DNA of 63,310 nt, filler included, from Saprolegnia diclina VS20 (Eukaryota): NCBI RefSeq assembly GCF_000281045.1. It is 5 parts of 4 records of this genome, joined end to end, with 100 filler letters (N's around TTAATTAATTAA, not from the genome) between each part and the next. Parts side by side here need not be neighbours in the genome. Positions count along the whole stretch, not along the records: positions 1 to 29,315 come from NW_008246072.1; 4 more parts are not named here. One strand, written 5' to 3'. The position numbers were made by a program, and so were the translations under genes. Under the pieces are notes generated by a model. The model did not search any database. It was not told the DNA's origin and worked only from the letters and a program-made list of their open reading frames with translations. Below are positions 12,292 through 23,474 of the stretch, in pieces (the stretch's first letter is position 1; each line of letters opens with the position of its first letter).

Positions 12292-14984
12292 CTAGAGCTC
12301 GCTGCGGTCGGCGTCGGGGGCGTTGCCGGCAACAACCGTCAAGTCGACACTGTTGCAGCGGCTGAGGTCCACACTGTTGGACCGGCTCAGGTCGGCGCTG
12401 TTCGAACGACTAAAGTCGACGCTGTTGCAGCGGCTGAGGCTGTTCTCGATCTCGGTATCCCGCACGACGAGGTCGACTTCCGGGTCGAGATCGTTGTCGA
12501 CCGTCATGTCGTCTTCCGAGTGCAAATGCGTGAGCGTCGGGCCCGACGACGGCGGGCAGCAGCCATTGTGCTCGCGCGCAAATGTCTCCTTGACTTGCGC
12601 AATGAGCGCGTACGCATAGTCGTTCTGCGCGACTTCGTCCGGCTTTTCGTAGAAAAAGCTAAAGTCGTCAATGTGCAGATCGACCGCGTCGCCCTTCTTG
12701 GTCGACGTCGACGGCAGCCCGACGCCGACGCACGGCGTGTTGTCGAGCGAGTCGACGCTCATCTTCGCAAAGTGCGTCGAGACGTGCGCAAACACATCGT
12801 CGGTCGACGGCGTGAACGGCGGGTGCACCGTCTTCTGGAGCAGCCCGATCCAGTCGACGCCGTCAAAGAACGGGTGGCTCTGGATCTCGCCAAACGACGG
12901 ACGCTCGCTCGGGTCGCGCACGAGGACTTTTCGGAGCAGGTCGATCGCCGCGGGCTCGACCGGCCAGTGAAAGTCGTACCTACGACATTCGTTTGGTGAG
13001 ATCCGCAAAAAGACTAAGATAAATAAGATACCGAATGTCCTGGCTCTGGATCTTGCGGTACATTTGGGCCATGTTGCTGTCTTCAAACGGCGTCGAGCCC
13101 GTGAGCATCTCGTAGACAAGGACGCCCCAGCTCCACCAGTCGGCGCTCGTGCCATACTGCGGCCGCTGCGTGTTGAGCTGCTCGGGCGCAATGTACGCTG
13201 GCGACCCCGCAAGCGTACCGGTATATTCGTCCTTCATGAGCTGCTTGGAGATGCCAAAGTCCACGAGGCGGATGTGGCCGACGTCGTCGAGCATGACGTT
13301 GTCGGGCTTGAGGTCGCGGTAGATGATGCCGTGCGAGTGCAAGTAGCTGATCGCAAGCGCGAGCTCGGCCGCGTAGAAGCGGACGCGCGCAATGTCCATG
13401 CGGCGACCGCCCGTCCACTCCATCGTCGTCCCATCCGCGTTCGTCGACGAGTGCATGTGGTAGTACAAGTTGCCGCCCGTGTAAAAGTCGAGACCAAGGA
13501 AGAGCTTGGTCTGCGTCTGGAACGCAAAGCGCAGCCGGGCCAAAAACTAGTCATTGTGTCAGAATGCAGCATTCCGAATCCAAAACTTCAAAATTCCGAA
13601 ATCGAAAACTCGGAAAATTGGAGCATCGGGAAATATCAAAGTATCAGTTCGTACCGGGTGGCGCAACGTCGAGAGGATGCGGCGTTCCTTGAGCGCGCTC
13701 GAGGCGCCGGCGGACTTGTCGACGACCTTGATCGCAAAGAGCTCGCCGCCTGTAAAGCGCTGCACGAGCACGACAGTGCCAAAGCCACCTAACAGCGCAA
13801 ATGGGTGAAAATGTGAAAAATCACAAAAATGGACCTTGGCCGAGCACGCCCAGAATTTCAAAGTCACGGAACGACAACAAAAGCGACCGCTTTGACTTGT
13901 AGCACAAGTGAAAGTTCTGCGGGTGCTTCTCAAGCTTGTACAGCGAGCGTGGGCGGGTGCGCGCGGCGCCCGACGACGACGACGACGCGACCTTGAAGTC
14001 GACGCTCATGCGCGCAATGCGACCAGAAGGCGAAAACTGCATGCGGTGTACAAACCGGCCGCGGATCTCTTCGGTCGTGTTGAGCTTGAGGAGCACGTGC
14101 TGGCCGACAACTTCGACCGAGTCGACGTCCTTCATCGGGTACACCTTGGGCAACTCGTCGCTGTTGGCCGCTTGCAACGCAAACGTCTGGCGGAAGAGCG
14201 ACACAAAGTGCACAAAGCCTTCGCGGGCATAGTACATGCCCTGCGAGAAGCCGTACTTGGCGCAGTCGAGCGGCTCGAAGTCAAATTTGACGTCAACGTC
14301 TTGGCTCAGGTGGTTGACAAAGATCGGGAGCACATCCATGAGCTCGGTCGGCGTAATGTCCGACAAGATGGTTGCGAGCTTCTCAAAGAGGACGGGGCCG
14401 CCGGTCATGGGCTCGGTGAGGCCCTGGAAGAAGAGCTGCGACGACGACCGCGCGAGCTTGCTCTCGCCGTTGGTCGAGGTCGTTTGCTCGGTCGCGAGGC
14501 TCTTCTGGTACGAGTCTTGCTCGCAGCACTTGCGAAACATGTGGAGCCACATTTCCTTCTCCGTGGGGCTAATCGCGACAAAGTGGATGATGTGGTTGTT
14601 GGTCGCAACGATGCTAAAGCCGAGCGTCGACGAGTGGAGCTTGCCGCCGCCAATGCCACCGGACGGGATCGTGTCGAGCACTTTGGCGATCTGCCACGAG
14701 CCGCGCAGCTGCGTGCGCTCGACCGCGTGCTTCTTGCTCTTGTAGTAGCACAAAAGGCCGTCCTTGAGCGTAATGTAGCGCGGAATCCACGTCTTGACAA
14801 TCTTGCTCTGCTTGTAGAGGTAGCCTTCCCACTCAATCTCGGTCATCGGGCAGGTCACGTCAATGACATTGGGCTTGGACTTGTCGATCGTCGACGGGCG
14901 CCGGCCGCGGCCCGCCTGCACGTTGTCGATGTTGAAGACGCCCCGCGTCTTGAGCGAGTTGAGGCGCGTGGCGAAGGACGACAT
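12292..14984 (-). CDS. AGC-family (PKB/S6K-like) Ser/Thr kinase with N-terminal PH domain
   Basis: [22 protein letters not shown] (PH); [32 protein letters not shown] and a DDFSF hydrophobic motif. Confidence 0.92.
12340..12438 (-). repeat. Four 24-nt coding tandem repeats (SRxNSVDL)
   Basis: Translation [33 protein letters not shown]. Confidence 0.9.
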
Positions 14985-16044
14985 GGGCGGCCGCCGTGGG
15001 GATAAAAAATGCGCTTTGCTCACAATGCACTTTTAGAACTTCGATTTAACATTTTAATTCGTTTTCATGTTGCCCTTTCCAGAGCTACATACAAACACCA
15101 AGACGAAATGCATATCCAACGCCAGTAGCGGCATTAAAAGATGCGTCTTTTTTTGCAACCAGCTCGAAGGTACCTATAAATACGACGGATCTCATTGGCG
15201 CACGCGTGGATGTGGCTACTACGAACTTCGGTACCAGGTTCAAACGGCCAAGCGGAGCCATCGCCGCTGGCCGCAGCCGCGCCGGCCAACCGCGCCGGAC
15301 GCGAGGACGCGCGCAGGCTACATAGGCGGCGATGGCTAACAAATGCGGGCGCCAGTATGCCCACGCGACGAGCGGAGCGCGTGCCCGAAGCGCTCCCGTA
15401 CCTATCACGAACGGTGTCTCATTGAAGGTGGCGCCCAGCGGGTTGCGTGGAATTAGCGGCGAGGGCGCGGTTGCTCACCTGCTACTTGTCCAACGCCTCT
15501 GCAGGCACGCTACTCGAGAAGTAGGTGCGCAGGAGCTGAGCGCAGGTGCTTCAAAAGGAGTTGCCTGTCATGGCGGGTACATAGACCACGAGCTAAAGTA
15601 GCTCGCATCGAGATCCTCGGGCGTCCGGCACGAGCAGATGACGAGCACTGCACCCATGCACGGCCAAGTTTGTGCGAAATCTCGAAAAGAGTAAGCGGTG
15701 GCACACGCCATAATTAGGCCATTGACGTCGTCGGCCCAGTCTGTCCTATAACAGTCTATACTACGAACCTCGGATCCACAGAGCGATGGTGAGTCCTACT
15801 CCTTGCGTCGTGGTTGCAATACCCCGACGACGCTGCAGTAGGACACACGCTGCGATCGCCGTCATCGGGCAACGGAGCGGGTCGTGTCGGCTACTAGATG
15901 TGGCGTGCGCCATAATTAGTGGCTACGTGGGAAACAGGTGGCGTTTGTGATGTGAAAAAAGAACGCGTGAAAATCTGTGCTTCACGGTCGAACGACGTGT
16001 GAAAAACACGCGTTTTCCACGTTGCGTCAACAAAATATTTTGAG

Positions 16045-17529
16045 ATGCTCGCCTTCGACGGGCAAGTGGCGCTTGTGACCGGCGCCGCCGGCGGCCTCGG
16101 CTCGACGTGGGCCCGCTTCCTGCATGAGCGTGGTGCGACCTGTGTCCTCGTGGACAGCGACCCGCGCGTCCTCCAGCTACCATCGGCGCCCTCGACGCGC
16201 TGGACCGCGGTCGTCGCCAACTGCGCCGACGAGCGAGAGGGCCGCCGCGTCGTGGACGAGATCGTGTCGGTGCATGGCCGCGTCGACATCCTCTTGCACG
16301 CGGCGACGCAGGTGCACGATGCTGCGTTCCGCAAGATGACGCGCGATCAGTGGGAGGCGGTCCTCGAGCACGACCTCTCGTCGGCATTCACCATGACCCG
16401 CGCGGTCTGGACGGCGATGCGGCAGCAAACCTACGGCCGCATCCTCCTCTGCACGAGCGCGAGTGGCTTGTACGGCAACTTTGGCCAGGTGCATTGCGAT
16501 GTGCGCTTGTCAATATCTAACGATCCTGCGCCATTAGGCCAACTATGCGGCCTCCAAGAGCGGTATGTGGGGGCTCACCAAGGCGCTCGCGATCGAAGGC
16601 CGCAAGTATGGCATTGCCGTCAACGCTATCGCCGCCGTTGCCGGCACGTCGCTGACGCAGTCCGGTACTCTATGCATCTCTACTCCGTCTCATCTTCCTA
16701 CTTGATGGCTAGTCATGCCGACCGAGATTTACTCGCGCTTGAAGCCGGCGTACACGACGTCCATGGTGGCGTTCCTCTGCCATGGCTCGTCATCCGAGAC
16801 CGGCGGTATCTTTGAGACAGGCGGCGGCTGGATCGGCAAGGTGCGCCTTGAGCGCAGCGCCGGGCTCGGTTTCCCGCTCAACGTGACGCCCGAGACAGTA
16901 CAGTTAGCGCCTCTGGACCATCGCATCTGACTCGACTGTCGTAGGTGGCGCAAAACTGGAGCCAAGTCGTGAGCTTTGCCAAGGCGACGCACCCCGAGAC
17001 GACGCAGGTACGTCTGACGAGAGACAACGCCCTCTCCTTCCCACGCTTGTAGGACTCGTTTGCGCCTATGCTGCGCAACGTCAATGCGCCGCCCGACACG
17101 GTGCACACGCCGTTCACCAAGAAGATCCGCGGTATCTTTGACCGAGTGCATAACGTGCTCCAGAGCCCCGAGGTACATCGACCACCGTCCACCGTTAGCG
17201 GAAGAGCGACGTGGGTGTAGGGCCATGCGCTCGTGGCGCCTGTCCTTGGGTCGTCGCTGCAGTGGACGATCGGTGACGCGATCTTTGTCATCCGCGTCAG
17301 CGCCGACAGCAAAAAAGTGCTCGTCGGTCCACCGTCGACGCCGGTCGACCTCGAGATTCGCATGACGGAGAGCGACTTTGTCGACTTTGTCTCGGGCAGT
17401 CTGCGGCTCGAGCGAGCGATTTCGACCAAGAAGATGGCGTTCATCGGCAACATGAAGCTCGCGATGAAGCTCCAGCCGTTCGTCAAGGTGCTCGCGCAGG
17501 CGCAGGCCGGCCTCCAGTCGCGCTTGTAG
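16045..17529 (+). CDS. Peroxisomal 3-hydroxyacyl-CoA dehydrogenase (HSD17B4/MFE-2-like SDR) fused to an SCP2 domain
   Basis: TGAAGGLG, SASGLYGNFGQ|ANYAASK, GGIFETGGGWIGKVRLERS; SCP2-like C-terminus (FIGNMKLAMKL) ending in SRL* (PTS1). Confidence 0.9.
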
Positions 17530-17804
17530 CTTGTAGTTGAGAAGGTGCATAAGAAGACAAAAGACGAGGCGCAGTAGCGTCTTTGACTGCCCGTACATGC
17601 AACGGCGTCGACGCATTACAGCAGGGTAACCGAGCGTACGTTCGCGGTGGTAGGATCCGACCGGCCTGTCGTGGTGCACCGGCCTTGCTGCGCCTTCGTC
17701 GCGCCCTTCCTCGTCCGCTTGCCACCGACCACCGACCATCAGCCTCCTTGGACCACCGACCACAGGCGCGCAGCCGCACGACGCAACGTAGGTACCTTCA
17801 AGCA

Positions 17805-20800
17805 ATGGCGAGGTTCAAGAATCTACCGCCCGAGGTCGCCTCGTCGTACGCGCTCGCCGGTCGTCGCCGCTTGGCCAAAGCTCCGAGGGCCTCCGAAGCA
17901 GTAGCGTCGCAGGCGTCGTCGGCATCCTGGCGTGGCGTAGAAGACGGGATGACGCGGCGGCGCCAAGAGCCGGCGACCGGCGCTTCCTTCCACCAGCTGG
18001 CACCACATGTCCCAGCCTTCTCCTCTCTGAATCTATCTTTACTACCCAGCTTGTAACTCGCACTTTGTATCAGCAGCGACCTTGCATCACGTCATGCTCG
18101 AGGACATCCACGTCGGCAGCCTGCACGTGGGCTTGGTACGCCGGCCCAAGCGACCGTCGCTGGCGCACATGACGTCGCTGCCGGGCCCACCGCCGGACGC
18201 GCCCGAGCTGCGGCAGACGCGGTCCGAGCCTGGCAGCGGCGGCCTCCCATTAGAGAAGGTCCCGCTGCACAAGGACGTCGACAGGATACAACAGGTAATA
18301 CGATGGCTCGGCCATCGAGACGCAACTCACCTGGTGGATGCCATATTAGGACGCGCCGCCGCATGTGGCCGTCAAGTACGGCGACACGATTCGGCTGCGC
18401 ACCAAGCTGCAAGGCACGACCGAGCTCGCGAGCGTGGGCACCTACGACCTCGCCGCGAGCTTCTTCCAGCTGCGCGGCAACCTCACGACGCACAAGTGCC
18501 ACGACCTCGCGTGCATTGCGCCTCTGACCGAGCCCGGCTTTCACCAGTCGTACTTTCGCATCGTGCCCGAGTGCTACTATGGCCACCTCAAGGTCGGCAG
18601 CCCCGTCTCGTATGGCGACGTCGTCTGCCTCGTCGACGCCGCCGACCACATCTGGAACAACAAGGTCGGGACCGCCTTCAACGGGTACTTTGGTCCATGC
18701 TCCAAGGACACGAACCTCTCGGGCACCATGTCGGTGGCGTTTCTCTTGCCGACGTCCGAAGACGAGAACGACACGGTGCCATGCTTCCAAGAGCACCGCA
18801 TCATGTACTATGGCGACAATAATGTTGTCATCCAAGTCGTCGACTCGAACCGCCTCCGCCTCGGCTTCAACCGGCTCGTGACCACGTACCGCAAGAAGAA
18901 TGCGCCCATGACCTTTGGTATCGCGCTCACATTGCACTTTCTCCAATCATTTCTGATGCGTTCGTAGGTGGTTTCCTGCGCTGCGATGGCCGCGGTGCCC
19001 TCCTCCGCTTGGAGATCCACGGCGTACCGCCGCCCAAGATCCTCACGGTCGACGTCGTCGACGGCAACACAACGACGCCGATCGCCGCCGACATTGACGA
19101 CATGCTCTCGGCCAGCATGACCATTGTTGGGCCGCCGTCTGCGACCGTTGAGATTGTGTTTACAGACCAAGGCCGCGCCCACGTCGCACTGCACGAGTAC
19201 GCTTTCGTATCTACATGATCTCAGGTCTTATCGGGTGCGGTAGGCTCGAGCGCAGCATGAACCAGCCGTTCTACGCGGTGGTCGAGCACGGCCAGCGACC
19301 CGTGCGCCTCCAGCTCGTCGCCTTGCGCAAAACCACCAGCGGGTCCTGCGTCCCTTGCACCACGCAGCGCGGTATCTCGCCGCTGACCGCCATGGCCCTC
19401 GGCTACCTCGCGCTGGTCGGCCACGCCTACCTCAAAGGCGCGATCCTTGTCACGTCTCTCTACGGTGCGCTCGTGCTCGGGGCGCTGCCCTGCCTTGTCG
19501 TGATCAAGGTCTGCTACCTCGAGCGCCTCTACGCGCCGCTGCTCGGCTCTAAGACGACGCCAACGTTGACGTTTGAGCTCTCGGTGCTCGCGTGGGAAGC
19601 GTCACAGACCGAGCGCCTCGCCAAGGCCTGTGACGACGCGTCGTCACCCTGTGACGCGGTGCCCCGGCGGTTCCTTGTGGCCGAGAACGGTGATGCAGCG
19701 AAGGCAGCGACCCGGTACACTGACACGTTGGCGTGGCGGGCTAAGAACGACATCGAGTCGCTACTGAGCACGCCGCAGCCGCTGTACCACACGATCCGCC
19801 GGTACACTTTCCCCTTGAAACATTGATCGATTCTCAAGCAACGGGTAGGTTCTACAAGCAAGGCGTCCACAAGGTCGATAAAGTCGGGCACCCGGTGTTC
19901 ATCGAGAAGATGGGGTCGATCGACATGAAGGGGCTCCAGGCCGCGGGCGTGACGCTGCCGGACCTCTTCCGACACTACCTCTTCAACATGGAGTACATTC
20001 TCCGGTTTGTGATCCCGTCGCCGTGCTCGTGTATGTCGTGCCGCGACAGCCACACGTGCAAGATGCTCATCGTGCTCGACGCGCGGGGTCTTGGCATGCG
20101 CGGTGCGTCCTCAAAGGGACGTCGCCATTTCCTGATATACCCCTGTTCTTAGATTTGGCCGGCGAGTCGCTCGAGTTTGTGAAAAGCTGCACGAGTGCGA
20201 TGCAGAAGCACTACCCGCAGCAGTCGTTCAAAATCTTCCTTATCAACGTCCCGTCGTGGTTTGGCATGATCTGGAAGTGTATCAAGCCGCTGTTGCACGA
20301 AGCGACGCGCGCCAAGACGTTCATTTTGAGCGAGGCCGAGACAGCGTCGACGCTGCTCCAGTACATTGACGCCGAGTCGCTCCCTGTCGAGTACGGCGGC
20401 ACCTGTAGTTGCGACGGCGGCTGCCTGGAACAGTCGGCCTTCCATGCGCGGCAGATCGCGTTTGTCGACGGCCATGGCGTCGACCCGGACCACCACGTCG
20501 ACCACGACGGTCTGCAGCACCTTGTCATTGATGAGCTGTCGGACGAAGACAGCGAGTCGTCGGCATCGTCGGTGGACGAAAGCCCGACCAAGAAGACACT
20601 TGGGAAAATCATGCGCCGGAAAAAGACCAAAGCCGTCGCGGCCTTGCGCAACGTCGCCAAGCAAGAGTACCTTCTCATGCGTCTCGTCAAGCACAAGCCG
20701 TTTGTGAATCCGATCGGCCTGCGTCGGCTCGTGTCCCTCACAGGTATGCGATTTCAGCTATTTTCCTATTTTTTCTGATTGCAAACTTGACTAGACCGCG

Positions 20801-21027
20801 AACTGTGCATTCAAAAGTCACCGAAAGACGCACCGGTCAAGTACCTCTTGACCAAGTCGACGCTCGTGCGGCCGTACCATAAACCCAACTGCTTCGAGGT
20901 CGTCTTGGACAACAACCTCTCGATGCTCCTCTTCACCGAGAACGTCCAAGCCCTCGACAGCTGGATCCAGGCAGTCGCCCACGCCATTCACGAAGCATCC
21001 TCGTCCTCGGAAGCCACGTCGACTTGA
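17805..21027 (+). CDS. Multi-domain CRAL-TRIO (Sec14) protein with transmembrane segment(s) and C-terminal PH-like domain
   Basis: RRFLVAENGD..WR, HKVDKVGHPVFIEKMG, QKHYPQ..IFLINVPSWF, LPVEYGG; last exon NCFEVV..LDSWIQAV. Confidence 0.8.
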
Positions 21028-21186
21028 TCATGATAAAAGTATTTGCATTGACCTTGAGCATTGCTACAAGCTGGAGGTGGTCCAAGACCATCGAACATCC
21101 TTGATCATGATCCTAAGCATTAGCAGGCCAGAGGGCCGCTTGGAAGGCGCCTGGAAGTCAAGGATCCATAGAGTTTCGAGTCCAGA

Positions 21187-21447
21187 AGTGGTGGCTGAAG
21201 TGGGTCGTCTATTGAAGTAGATACCTAACTCTACGCTACATAAAATTGTCGGACTTTCTTCGTTGAGTAGGCGCTGGTGTTGATCTGGACCAAGGCCGGC
21301 AGAGGGACGAGCGCGATCCGCGGGACAAGGTGCTGGCGCGGCCACTCATGTTGAACGAGGAGCCGGAGAAGGCGACGGAGAGCCCTGGGTTTTGAACAAG
21401 GCTGTGCAAGTGCATGTGAGCATCGCCTTGACGGCAATTGTCCATGG
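21187..21447 (-). mobile_element. Degenerate LINE 3'-end fragment, same family as 30653-31203
   Basis: Shares GAGCGCGATCCGCGGGACAAGGTGCTGGCGCGGCCACTC and the translation ALRRLLRLLVQHEWPRQHLVPRIAL with the second copy. Confidence 0.8.
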
Positions 21448-21827
21448 AAGTCGAACGGTTTAGACACCGGTCTACCGCCAGGTAGATGTGGGTTCCCGAC
21501 AGCTCACTTTCTGGGTACACATGTCGCAAAATGTTTACTTGATAATTTTCGTTCATTGATAATTCAACGAATTCAGTTTCCTGCAGGGTTGGCGTACATG
21601 CTACGAATTGTACCGACCAGAGCAACTTGAACTTGCGACACGTTCTTCTCAACATAGAACTATCAAGCTCGGGAAAAGTCATGCATTACTGCGTCGACGA
21701 TCGGAGTGGGAGCAAACGAGGGCGGCGATAACACGTCCTTCTCAATGCACCCCAAAGGGAAGAACCTCCCTATTCCCTTGTGCCGACCCCCCTCACCTCT
21801 AGAATCCGATGTCCTTGGAGCGACGAT

Positions 21828-21873
21828 GGCCACTTTTCATTTCAAATTGGCCTCTTTTCATTTTCGAATTGGC
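21828..21873 (+). promoter_or_regulatory. Tandemly duplicated INR+FPR-like core promoter
   Basis: GGCCACTTTTCATTTCAAATT followed by GGCCTCTTTTCATTTTCGAATTGGC just before ATG 21881. Confidence 0.55.
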
Positions 21874-21880
21874 TGGCAAA

Positions 21881-23115
21881 ATGCGCCGTGATCTTGGTCG
21901 ATGCAAGGTTGTCTTTTGGGCTCTGCACTACGTAGCCCGTGACGACAAGAATTGGGACGAGCTGCTGACCGCGTTGATTGAAGCCAACTTCCGCATCGAC
22001 GAGCGCGAACTCTTCTGCTACTGGACCATCGAGTGGGAGGTCCTTGCAAAACCATGCTCAACTGCTGGATCAAAATGCAATTCGTAGGCTGTTACAAAGT
22101 TCATTCGCATCTTCTTCCCCAACGCCAAGCGCGAGCAACTGTACCAGCGCTGGTACCGGACTCTCGAGCCGGGTCTCATCACTGGCAGATACACCGATGA
22201 CGAGACAAAGCTCCTCTGCGACTTGGTGGCGCACTACGGCGGCGGCAAGATTGATTGGGGCGCTATCAAGCGCATCATGCGCCGCAGGTACGCACTGCCA
22301 TCTCCATCTCTAACCACTCAAGCATACGCATGAATAGCACCAAGAGCCTGCGCGACCGCTACAACAAGTACGCGCGCAACAGTCTCGTGCGCAGGTACGC
22401 TACTATTTTGCATTGCGAATTAGCTCATGATGCACATAGCCGGTTTGAACCTGCGGAATGTGACGTGATCGAGGCCGGGTGCACCGCGGGCCACAACCAG
22501 AAGCGCATCACAGACGACCTCAACACCCTTCTGCGTCAACGCTCAGACCTTGCACGCAGCGTGGGCGAAAAGCACGGTATCGAAAAGCCCATGCGCTCGG
22601 TCGTGGACGTGGAGAACTACCTCAAGACCCTCGCTTCCTACAAGCGTCGATCGAACGCCGGTCGCCCCGGCTCGGCCAAGAAGGCGCGTCATCTCGAAGA
22701 GCAAAAGACCGCCGCTTGCGCTGCCAATGATTCGATGCTCGATGTCGCCAACTTGCTCGAGATGTTCTGCTTGGACCTTCCCGACCTCCAGGATGCCGAG
22801 AGCAGCCTCGACGAGATCGCCTTGATCGACTGGCCGTCGCACGAGTCCGACACCATGCGACACTGGTTCGACGAGGAGCCTGGTCCGGTGGCACCCTCCA
22901 CGCACTTTGGCGTCCATGCCAACGTCGATCTGTACGCACCTTGCAGCCAAGTCCCTCGCGATGCATCGGTTGAGCCCGTTGATGCCGAACCTGCAAGCCG
23001 TCATCTCTTTGCCAACTTGCAACGCCCGTCGGCCGACGTGGACCTCGACTCGCTGGAGATGCTGCTCACTCGTATCGCTCAGCACCATGTCGCACTGCCC
23101 ACGTCGACTTGGTAG
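21881..23115 (+). CDS. Myb/SANT-repeat DNA-binding protein
   Basis: Spliced QLYQRWYRTLEPGLITGRYTDDETKLLCDLVAHYG..DWGAI..R|STKSLRDRY; acidic C-terminus. Confidence 0.78.
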
Positions 23116-23474
23116 CTTTAGTTTATACTGTCAATATATGTGTTCATCCTTCCAATACAGTTGTACTAGAGTACGAGGACACATATGCTCAGAATCGGCT
23201 CGCATAGCTGTCGTTGCTTACGACAACCAGCGCCAAACGAGTCCTCAACGCCTCAACTCTCGCAAGCCGAGCACCCAGCAGAAGGCGCAGCTGCTTACTC
23301 GCAAGTACCAGTGAGCCCATGCGCAGGAGAGGAAAGAAGTAGACGTGGGCCCTCGATCAGATGAGCCATCATGCATCGAGGACACCGTCAAGGACGCACT
23401 CTCAGCGCCACGAGACGACACGAGCTATCACGTTGCTATATTTCAGAGGATGGCAGTCGGTGCCATGCTCTGCC

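Noticed and set aside
15067..15900. Short ORFs between the PH kinase and the SDR gene
   Set aside because: No coherent exon chain or recognisable motif
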